From: Candidatus Dojkabacteria bacterium
Lineage (GTDB): Bacteria > Patescibacteriota > Dojkabacteria > B142 > JAFGFJ01
Reading direction: 5' to 3'
DNA length: 64,000 nucleotides
Assembly (NCBI GenBank): GCA_016931155.1
Contig: JAFGFJ010000006.1
Coordinates: 314,896-378,895 of the forward strand
The notes below the pieces were generated by a model. The model was not told the origin of the DNA and did no database searches. It was given only the letters and a program-made list of their open reading frames with translations. Positions 39,275 to 47,344 of the stretch are shown piece by piece; positions within the stretch are counted from its first letter, which is position 1; each line of letters opens with the position of its first letter. The position numbers and the translations under genes are program-made.

Positions 39275-40033
39275 CTAGAGTTCCAAAGCAATTACCACAA
39301 TTCTGTTGTCACTTCCCCCGGGTACTCCTGATTGAAGTGAACAGGATATTATCTTGATAAAGTTTCGTTTTGATGTTTCGTAAATATTTACGTCGTTCGG
39401 ATTTTTTATTGTGACACTCCGAACTGAGTATCTTATTGGCTTTCCTGATGGATCATTTACCTGAATTAGATCACCCTTTTCTAGAAGATTTATATTCCAG
39501 CAACTTCTTGGGTCATCTTGTTGAAAGTATCTTCTGTGGCATAGTACTATTGTTTCACCGTTTCCAGGAGTACTGGAAGATGGATACATCCAAAATCCTT
39601 GATCCATTAGAGAATCACCATCGCTTCCCCCGAACACATTTGCTCTCACATTTATTTTTGGAATGATTAACTCTCCAATTACTCCTGTTGTAACTTTGGT
39701 ATCGAATGCAAACTTTTGTTGCTCAGGCGAGAGAATATCATCTCTTGTATATATTTTCTCTTTATTCAATTGACTGTCTTGAGCAGTGGAAGTATCTTCT
39801 GTACTGCTTTTTTGTTTCTCTTCTTCCACCTTCTTAACCTCTGACATTGAAGGAACTAAAAAATTATATCCGTACTTCTGCCTACCATTTTCTCCTTTTA
39901 AAAATACTGAAATAAGGCTTATATGTGTTGTTCTTGCCTTTGTGTATAGAAAAAGTCCGCTAACAATAAGAAAGCTTAGTATAAACAAAATAAAAATCAC
40001 CTTTGTTGTTGAATCTTTTTCCTCGTTTTCCAT
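39275..40033 (-). CDS. Sortase-family transpeptidase (N-terminal TM anchor)
   Basis: His (VLCHRRYF), Cys (FIKIISCS in place of LTLITC) and downstream Arg (DNRIVVIA) in sortase-like spacing. Confidence 0.6.
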   Translation of the reverse strand: MENEEKDSTTKVIFILFILSFLIVSGLFLYTKARTTHISLISVFLKGENGRQKYGYNFLVPSMSEVKKVEEEKQKSSTEDTSTAQDSQLNKEKIYTRDDILSPEQQKFAFDTKVTTGVIGELIIPKINVRANVFGGSDGDSLMDQGFWMYPSSSTPGNGETIVLCHRRYFQQDDPRSCWNINLLEKGDLIQVNDPSGKPIRYSVRSVTIKNPNDVNIYETSKRNFIKIISCSLQSGVPGGSDNRIVVIALEL

Positions 40034-40105
40034 TCCGAATTATATCACAGGAAACTATTGTAGTTATATATTTAATATTGTTCAAAACGCTAATACGATG
40101 ATATA

Positions 40106-41092
40106 ATGCATTATTCCAATATAAAAACAATGAGGAAGGAATTTGATGAGAAAAAAGTGAGGCTGGCTCTGATGGTTTGGGGATTTATGGTTATCCTTAT
40201 TGGGCTTATTATTGGAATTGTGACGGTTGGACCACAGCTTACTCCGCTTGAGGCACAAGGACAGATTTGCACGACTGGTGCAGATTGTCCTCCTTGTGAA
40301 TATCCACAGGTAGCTTTCTGCGACCATAGCGGATCTTCCAATCCTTGTCGTTCAGGAGAGGGTATATGTACATGTAGAGGCGTACCTCAAAGTGACCCAA
40401 CTTGTGGAGGTGCTGTTTGTATCTCAATTTCTCCGAGTGAGGCATGTGATCCTGGTGGGTGTCCTTCGGGTTACACTGACTGCGGGATAAGTGGTCACAG
40501 AACTGATAATTCTTCAGAATGTCAAGCTTTTGGCAGTTGTACTACTAGATGTGCTTCGTGTAATAACCCAACTACATTTGTTAGATATTGCAGACCGGAA
40601 GTTTCACCTGTTGAACCATCACCGTCACCGTCACCGTCACCATCACCGTCGCCCTCCTACCCAGACTATGAAATAGTAAAGGATGTTATTGACTCAGATA
40701 GTTTTTACGAAATAGGGGAGACTGTGAACTTTAGTGTTACAATCAGAAATACAGGGGATGTAACATTTGAAAAGGTAAAATTTAGGGATGTGTACAATCC
40801 TGCACGATTGGATTATCTATCTAGTCGTGGTAATAAAAATGGTGGCACAGACGTAGAGTTAAATTTCAATATTATTGAAAGTACTGGAATTATAACTCAT
40901 TCAAACCTTGCGGTAGAGTTGGGAAATTTGAATCCTGGGGATTACTATCGAATATTTTTTAGCTTTAGAGCTTTGGTAAGTGTTCCGAGAACATGCAACG
41001 AAGCCTTTGTTAATCCTGATGATTTGGGTGAGAAAAGGGACGATGCTTGTGTCTCGATTAATACTGTGTTTATTCCCGTACCTGATTTATAA
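40106..41092 (+). CDS. Secreted/membrane-anchored Cys-rich protein with (SP)n linker and C-terminal DUF11-like beta-sandwich domain
   Basis: N-terminal TM; ~22 Cys within ~120 aa; PSPSPSPSPSPSPS; C-terminal YEIGETVNFSVTIRNTGDVTFEKVKFRDVYNPARLDYLS resembles the DUF11 conserved repeat domain. Confidence 0.55.
   Translation: MHYSNIKTMRKEFDEKKVRLALMVWGFMVILIGLIIGIVTVGPQLTPLEAQGQICTTGADCPPCEYPQVAFCDHSGSSNPCRSGEGICTCRGVPQSDPTCGGAVCISISPSEACDPGGCPSGYTDCGISGHRTDNSSECQAFGSCTTRCASCNNPTTFVRYCRPEVSPVEPSPSPSPSPSPSPSYPDYEIVKDVIDSDSFYEIGETVNFSVTIRNTGDVTFEKVKFRDVYNPARLDYLSSRGNKNGGTDVELNFNIIESTGIITHSNLAVELGNLNPGDYYRIFFSFRALVSVPRTCNEAFVNPDDLGEKRDDACVSINTVFIPVPDL
40616..40654 (+). repeat. Hexanucleotide tandem repeat (TCACCG/TCACCA)n encoding the (Ser-Pro)n linker
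   Basis: ccatcaccgtcaccgtcaccgtcaccatcaccgtcgccc read directly. Confidence 0.8.
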
Positions 41093-41096
41093 TGTT

Positions 41097-41678
41097 CTAG
41101 CTCAATTCAAATCTGGAGATCTCTTTGTATACAGGACCTTGATTTGTTAGTGTGCTTTGAAGAATTGATATTGAATTTGCTGTAAAGGAAGTCTTTTTCT
41201 TTTCTACTCCTTCTAATATGCAGTGAATCTTCTTTTTGAAGTTTCTATTCACAGTTGGTTTTGCTCTTGCTATTGTCATATGATTAATTAAGGTTGCCCT
41301 ATCTTTTTTTCTCCCGGTATCTTCAAGTTTCAGCTCTTTAATAAATGAATGAACGGTATGGACGAGCAGATCAAGCTCTTTGTTTTTATTGACCAAACAG
41401 GAGAGCACAGTTGGTCTGGTTTCTCCTTTGAAGCCAAAATAAATTTTATTGAACTCTATACTTGCTTTCTTTAGTTTCCTCTTATATAGATTAAAGTACT
41501 CGATTATTCTATCAAGACTTTCTTTGGAAACATTATTCCCAAGAAACTTTATTGTTATATGAAGATGCTCCGGTTTTACAAATGTCAAATTTCTCTTTTC
41601 TTTATAAAAGAGTCTGGTAATGTCTCTAATTTTTTCTTTGATTTCCTGTGGCGGAAGAATTGTGATAAATAATCTCAT
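41097..41678 (-). CDS. thpR: 2H-phosphoesterase family RNA 2',3'-cyclic phosphodiesterase (LigT/ThpR-like)
   Basis: Two H-x-T-x motifs (HITIKF and HMTIAR) at the appropriate spacing. Confidence 0.7.
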   Translation of the reverse strand: MRLFITILPPQEIKEKIRDITRLFYKEKRNLTFVKPEHLHITIKFLGNNVSKESLDRIIEYFNLYKRKLKKASIEFNKIYFGFKGETRPTVLSCLVNKNKELDLLVHTVHSFIKELKLEDTGRKKDRATLINHMTIARAKPTVNRNFKKKIHCILEGVEKKKTSFTANSISILQSTLTNQGPVYKEISRFELS

Positions 41679-41682
41679 ATTT

Positions 41683-42507
41683 CTAACTTGATAGTCCTTG
41701 CAGGATAACTAGACTTAATAGCAATACAACGAGATATTCCAGTAACACCTCTTTTTTCAAAGAACCTTCGAGTTTGTGATGAAGAATTGCACTCGTAATA
41801 TAGAAAACCAGTAGGGTGTATGAGGAAGTCGCAAGAATCGAAAAGTTCGTATACGAGCTTAACGCAACTACTGTTTCAATAATTACTAAAGTGGTAATTA
41901 GATTGAAAATAATAGTTAAATAATTGAACTGATTTCTTCTTATCGTGACAATAGTATTGATCATGAATGCTGTCATTCCAATAAGAACGTAAGAAAGAAA
42001 AGGATCAAAACCAAAGTAATTTATAGTTTCAAGAATTGTGTTTGTAAGCTGGAAAAAAGTGATAAATTTGATAATGTCATATATGTAATGAGTTCTTTCT
42101 TCCAATTTGAATTTGTCTTCATAATATGCCCTGATATTAATGAACATTAATGTAAATATGAAAAAGCAAATAAAGAAGAAGAAATACTTGGGAAGTGTCA
42201 GGTGGTAGTAATATATTATTCCCAAGCAAGACATATATAGAGCAGTAGGCAGTAATAAGTGATGTGTAAATTGACTGAATTTAGAATAGGTATCAACCTG
42301 TGGTATTTCCATTTGAGCCAGGATTTTTTTTGAGTATATTTGGCTTGTCAGTACCTCGAAAACAAATACCAGATAAAGGATTATGCTTGCGATGAAGAAT
42401 AATTTTTGTTCCAGATTTATCATGAGCTCAACAAGAAATATGAGACCGATTGAGATGAAAAAACCGTAAAAGATTCCTCTTCTATTGTTTATTAAAAAGT
42501 TCTTCAT
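41683..42507 (-). CDS. Hypothetical polytopic membrane protein
   Basis: 274 aa, ~8 predicted TM helices; start overlaps the stop of the upstream CAP-domain gene (ATGA). Confidence 0.5.
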   Translation of the reverse strand: MKNFLINNRRGIFYGFFISIGLIFLVELMINLEQKLFFIASIILYLVFVFEVLTSQIYSKKILAQMEIPQVDTYSKFSQFTHHLLLPTALYMSCLGIIYYYHLTLPKYFFFFICFFIFTLMFINIRAYYEDKFKLEERTHYIYDIIKFITFFQLTNTILETINYFGFDPFLSYVLIGMTAFMINTIVTIRRNQFNYLTIIFNLITTLVIIETVVALSSYTNFSILATSSYTLLVFYITSAILHHKLEGSLKKEVLLEYLVVLLLSLVILQGLSS

Positions 42508-43952
42508 TTTGTTAACCCTTCAATTATCGTCCCACCTGCTCCTCCAATAAGTACCATCAAAAGCAGAACAATGAAATTTGAAATATGCAAATGATGCTTC
42601 CCTCTTTCTTTATAGCCCAGGGGAAGATTTGTCCTGGCAAGGAGTAGGGCATCAAAAACAAAGAGTGAGACTATAATGAGAAGTGCAGTAATACTTACAA
42701 CATTTTTTACGCTTGGAAACTCTCGAGCAATAATACTTATCAGTTTATTTGTTGCGATTTCTTTTGAGGAAAGAGTTTCCATTGTACTCAATACATTTCC
42801 TGTTTCAATGGTTGAAGATGTGATGTTTCCAGCTTTGTCAATCGCAGTAATTGCTAGCGTGTTAGAAGATTCAGTAATGGGTCTTGCTATGTCTACTTCC
42901 CAGTAATCAGAATAAGGTATGCGAACAAAATTTTTCTCTTCTTCGTTACTGTATAGATATACTTTTTCGGTGTCATCGGAAATAAGTATTCTGAGACGAT
43001 AATTATCAATATTTTCTGTTGACAATATTTCTAACAAATCTGTGTTTATTACTGGTGCTTGAGTGTCTACAACTACGCTAACTATACTTGATTTTTCGCT
43101 GGAAACCCCATGCTCGTCTATGGAATATGAAGATATCAAATGATTCCCCTGTTCAAAAGGTTTGTCTGATGGTGGCTTGTATATAAAGATACCCCCTTGT
43201 GCATCAATATCAGCAATGTTTTTTTCATTGTCAATTATTTTTACTTTTGTTTCCTTTTTTGCTCGACCTCTTATCGTGAAAAATTGATCGTTTGTCCAGG
43301 TACCATTCTCAGGCTCTTCAATTAAGGGGGTATTTTGAATGTCATTTGTTGGAAGTGCTTCTTTCACCTGATGTTTTGAATCACTTGTTATTGGAAGCGC
43401 ATTATAGGAGTTAACTTGAGAGCCGAAATGAACGACAACTACTACATTATTGGGGTTTCCCTGGAAGTTACCCTGAACAATGGAAATACCTATCTCTCTG
43501 AACTCTGGTTTCAGCATATTATCTCTATGACTGGGACTATTCATCCATGCCTGTACTACAGCTTCGTTATCATTAAAACCTTCTGCAAGGTTCTCTCCTG
43601 CATAAATATATTCATAATTCTGATCCTTGAAAAAATCCCAAGGCGATTTCTTATCGGGACAATAGTGAGACCAGCAGTCAGAAGCAAGCATTGCTTTAGC
43701 TTTTTCTGACGCAGAATTAGTCAGTTTGCTGCTAACTACTAATTTCGAAAGTCCTCTGCTGGTTCTTTCTTTATTATGAAGGCTGACAAGTATGGAAGTA
43801 TCGATCGCTGCGTAAGCTTTAGATATCGGTAAGCTTCCCACAGTAATATTAAAAATGAAGAGGATTAGAGTAAAAATGGCTAGACTTCCTTTTCTCAGAA
43901 GAAGTGGATAGTAATTATTTGTTTTAGTAGGAATGAATAAGTTTTTGATCAC
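42504..43952 (-). CDS. Membrane-anchored CAP/SCP/PR-1 domain protein with ~250-aa extracellular extension and C-terminal TM helices
   Basis: CAP blocks HNKERTSRGLSKL, GENLAEG, AVVQAWMNSPSHRDNML; N-terminal signal/TM and two C-terminal hydrophobic helices. Confidence 0.65.
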   Translation of the reverse strand: MIKNLFIPTKTNNYYPLLLRKGSLAIFTLILFIFNITVGSLPISKAYAAIDTSILVSLHNKERTSRGLSKLVVSSKLTNSASEKAKAMLASDCWSHYCPDKKSPWDFFKDQNYEYIYAGENLAEGFNDNEAVVQAWMNSPSHRDNMLKPEFREIGISIVQGNFQGNPNNVVVVVHFGSQVNSYNALPITSDSKHQVKEALPTNDIQNTPLIEEPENGTWTNDQFFTIRGRAKKETKVKIIDNEKNIADIDAQGGIFIYKPPSDKPFEQGNHLISSYSIDEHGVSSEKSSIVSVVVDTQAPVINTDLLEILSTENIDNYRLRILISDDTEKVYLYSNEEEKNFVRIPYSDYWEVDIARPITESSNTLAITAIDKAGNITSSTIETGNVLSTMETLSSKEIATNKLISIIAREFPSVKNVVSITALLIIVSLFVFDALLLARTNLPLGYKERGKHHLHISNFIVLLLMVLIGGAGGTIIEGLTK

Positions 43953-44018
43953 GTTATACTGAAAAAGTTGCTACAATATAGTATAAGTGTTCAGATATAA
44001 TCTCAAGTTTCGTAATAT

Positions 44019-45572
44019 ATGATTGTTAGAACAAGATTTGCTCCAAGTCCGACAGGATACGCTCATTTGGGCTTTGTGAGTAGAGTCCTTATTAATTATG
44101 CAATGGCCAGAAAACATGGCGGGAAGTTTGTATGGAGAAATGAGGACACTGATAGAGAAAGGTTTGTTGAAGGATCTCTAGAGTTTAATATGAGATGGAT
44201 GAGGGAGTTTGGACTTGATTGGGATGAGGGACCGGATATAGGTGGATCTTATGCGCCTTACAACCAAAGTGAAAGATTAGATATCTATAAGAATGCGGCG
44301 GAAAAACTTATTGAGAAAGGTTACGCTTACAGATGTTTTTGTTCAAAAGAAAGACTTTCAGAAATGAGAGAAGAACAGGAAAAAAAGAAGGAGAGAAAAC
44401 ACTACGATGGCCTTTGCAGAAATATATCTGCCAGTGAGATAGAAAGTAATTTAAAAAAGAGTATTGCATACACGGTAAGGGTAAAAATGCCAAGAGATAG
44501 AAAAATAGAATTTGACGATATCATTACACGCACTCATATTACTTGGAATTCAAATGAAGTTGATGATTATATTCTTTTAAAATCTGATGGTTATCCAACT
44601 TATCACCTTGCTGCAGTTGTTGATGATGCTGCAATGGAAATTTCACACGTTTTTAGAGGTTCAGAGTGGATTGCTACAACTCCAGTGCATCAAATAATTT
44701 ATGAAGGTCTTGGTATTACAGAAAAGGAGAGGCCGGGTATTGGTCATTTTACTGTTATTTTGGATCCTTCAACTCCTGGGAAAAAGTTTAGCAAGAGGAG
44801 TAGCTCTTTTAAGGCAAATGGACTTGTGATACAAGGTTATTTAAAACCTGCAATACTTAATTATCTAATGCTTCTTGGATGGGCACCAAAAGATGACAGA
44901 GAGCTTTTTACACTAAAGGAGTTTGTGGAAGCATTTGATCTTTCAGGGATGCAGAAAGCAAATCCAACCTGGGATCAAAATAAAATGGATTGGTTCAATG
45001 GTATTTATATTCGTGCACTTTCCCCAGATAATTTGATAAAGGAATTCACAAACTGGATTACTAATTACCTTTTTAAGGAGCCGGCTGAGGATGTTAAAGA
45101 GAATCTTACCAGTGCTGATCTTGACGTGAAGAGAGTTAATGAATTGTTAGATCTTGCAAGAGTAATTAAAGACTCAGACAGAGATGCTTTAAAATGCCAG
45201 CTTTTACTTACTCAGGAAAGATCTATAAATTTCTGGCATACACTAAGTCAAATAGAATTTTTCTATAGAAGACCTGAAAAAATCGATTGGCAAATTAAGC
45301 AGTTAAATAAAATAAAGGAAAACTTGGAGGAGATCAAATTAGATCTAATTAGTATGTATAGTTCTATGGATGATAATTCTTCAAAGTGGATGCACGCAAA
45401 ATGGGAGAAAGATATCCGTAGACTAGGGGATAAGTATAGGAAAAAACATGGTGATATTTTTATGCTGCTTAGAGTGTCTATTACAGGTGGACCATTTTCT
45501 CCTCCGCTTTTTGAATCTTCGCAGATACTGGGAAAAGAAGAGTGTCTAATAAGACTTAAAAATAATAAATGA
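44019..45572 (+). CDS. gltX: Glutamyl-tRNA synthetase
   Basis: RFAPSPTGYAHLG (HIGH-class motif) and KFSKRS (KMSKS), class I GluRS architecture. Confidence 0.9.
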   Translation: MIVRTRFAPSPTGYAHLGFVSRVLINYAMARKHGGKFVWRNEDTDRERFVEGSLEFNMRWMREFGLDWDEGPDIGGSYAPYNQSERLDIYKNAAEKLIEKGYAYRCFCSKERLSEMREEQEKKKERKHYDGLCRNISASEIESNLKKSIAYTVRVKMPRDRKIEFDDIITRTHITWNSNEVDDYILLKSDGYPTYHLAAVVDDAAMEISHVFRGSEWIATTPVHQIIYEGLGITEKERPGIGHFTVILDPSTPGKKFSKRSSSFKANGLVIQGYLKPAILNYLMLLGWAPKDDRELFTLKEFVEAFDLSGMQKANPTWDQNKMDWFNGIYIRALSPDNLIKEFTNWITNYLFKEPAEDVKENLTSADLDVKRVNELLDLARVIKDSDRDALKCQLLLTQERSINFWHTLSQIEFFYRRPEKIDWQIKQLNKIKENLEEIKLDLISMYSSMDDNSSKWMHAKWEKDIRRLGDKYRKKHGDIFMLLRVSITGGPFSPPLFESSQILGKEECLIRLKNNK

Positions 45573-47299
45573 TATCTTTGAAAATCTTCAAGATTTTTCT
45601 TTTTACAAATTTCTTTTTATTGTTTTCCTTTTTCTTAGGTGGACATAGTACATCTGCTGCATCTTTTTCCCAGGAATTCTCAAGTATTTACACAATAAAT
45701 AGTGATCTTTCTGCGAATGTGACCTTTAGGGAAGTATTTGTAAACATTTCTTCGACTGAAGTTCTTGATCGTTACAAGGTAAATATTCCTTTTGCAGATG
45801 CAACTGATATAAGTGTTAAGGTAAATGGATCGGGGACAATTTCTGGTCATAAGGTGACAGGTGGAAGAACTGAAGTAAGTGTGGATTTTGATCCTGTTAT
45901 TAAAGATCAGACAGCAGTTATTCTTACTTCTTTTAAGACATATCAAGTTGCCAAAGACTTTGGAGGGATAACTGCTTTACTTATCCCTTCAGTGGATTCA
46001 GGGGTAAAGATTAGTAATCAGGCAGTAAATGTTTCAAAGTCACTGGGAGAGTTGAGTTGTGCTTCTACTGACTTTACAAAGGGGAAGGAAACGAAGCAAA
46101 ATATTTACAATTTCAACTCTTCTTCTAATATATACATGACTTTTGGGAATAGTGTGAAATACAATTTCAGCTTAAAACAGTCCTTAATTAACAATACCAG
46201 CAAAGAGGTTACAACAAAATTCCTGCTTCCATATGAAGATTCAAGGCAGTCATTATATTTTTACTTTTCCAATTATGATGCGGTTCTGGTCTCTGATGGG
46301 AGTAACAATAAGGAGATATTTGTGTCATTAAAACCTACGGAAAATAAAAGTATTGGAATAAATGGACTGCTAAGTTCGAAAAATACGGATCGGGAGATCG
46401 TTGAAAGCAAGGTAAAAGATATTTACAAAAAGGTAATAAGTGAGCATTCTCCATCTTCCGACTCCAGATTTGAAAGAAAGTCGATTGGAGAATTGAAAGA
46501 ACAGAAGTCACTTAGTGAGATTCAGTATGCAGATCTATTGGTTTCTCTTCTAAAGGAGAAGAATATTGATGCAAAAATAATTATTGGCAGAAACAATGGT
46601 GCTCGAATGTTTGGTCGCAGTGAGGACATTGATGCTTGGGTTTCCTACTTTGATGAATCATCAAAGAACTGGCAAGGTCTTGATCCATATTTTGCTGATT
46701 CGAACAATCTTGGAGACGAACCCTTTTTTAATCCAGACAGGATAGCATATTTTGTTTTAGATGGTTCTAAAGCCGAGGAATCTTATGGGTATTACTTCCT
46801 TGAAGGACAAGGGTTCTATGTTGAGCTTTCGAAATATGATGGGGACGAATTTTTGATCGACAAGTCTTTTGATTACACTGTTACTATTGATCCTATTGAC
46901 AAGGTGTCACTTGATGTTCATTTTCCTGTTTCCATAAAACTGGCAAATCGTTCTTCAAGGGCAATTAGAATAAAAGATGCTCATTATAAGGGCAAAAAAC
47001 TGGAAATAAGAGCCAGAGATAAGAATTTATGGGTTCTTCCCGGGCATTCGGCAAGATATCAAATTGAAGGGCTTATGGTAAAAGGTCTTTTTGGAGAAAA
47101 AAAACAAACATTTGAACTTTCTTTAAGTATTGAGTCAGCGGGGGGAGAAATACAGAATCAGGAAAAAAGTATCGAAATAACTGCACTTCCGACTGTTAGG
47201 ACTTTCCTTCCGTTGATGGTTGCCCTGACTGTACTTTCAGTGAGTTTTTTCTTGTTTCTCATGTTTAAGAAACATATAAAATTGACACATAAGCGATGA
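45569..47299 (+). CDS. Secreted, C-terminally anchored protein with a degenerate (catalytically inactive) transglutaminase-like core
   Basis: Signal peptide. YADLLVSLLKEKNIDAKIIIG...DAWVSYFDESSKNWQGLDP matches the transglutaminase-like fold but the Cys and His positions are occupied by other residues. Ends with ALPTVRT + hydrophobic helix + KKHIKLTHKR. Confidence 0.45.
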   Translation: MISLKIFKIFLFTNFFLLFSFFLGGHSTSAASFSQEFSSIYTINSDLSANVTFREVFVNISSTEVLDRYKVNIPFADATDISVKVNGSGTISGHKVTGGRTEVSVDFDPVIKDQTAVILTSFKTYQVAKDFGGITALLIPSVDSGVKISNQAVNVSKSLGELSCASTDFTKGKETKQNIYNFNSSSNIYMTFGNSVKYNFSLKQSLINNTSKEVTTKFLLPYEDSRQSLYFYFSNYDAVLVSDGSNNKEIFVSLKPTENKSIGINGLLSSKNTDREIVESKVKDIYKKVISEHSPSSDSRFERKSIGELKEQKSLSEIQYADLLVSLLKEKNIDAKIIIGRNNGARMFGRSEDIDAWVSYFDESSKNWQGLDPYFADSNNLGDEPFFNPDRIAYFVLDGSKAEESYGYYFLEGQGFYVELSKYDGDEFLIDKSFDYTVTIDPIDKVSLDVHFPVSIKLANRSSRAIRIKDAHYKGKKLEIRARDKNLWVLPGHSARYQIEGLMVKGLFGEKKQTFELSLSIESAGGEIQNQEKSIEITALPTVRTFLPLMVALTVLSVSFFLFLMFKKHIKLTHKR

Positions 47300-47344
47300 C
47301 CTAGCATAATTACTTAATAAAAATGTGTCAGTAAGTCTGCCCAA

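Noticed and set aside
39275-47299. Canonical LPXTG/LAXTG sortase substrates
   Set aside because: No exact LPXTG or LAXTG motif followed by TM + basic tail was found in any protein in the window; only the non-canonical LPTVR tail at 47200-47299 is noted.
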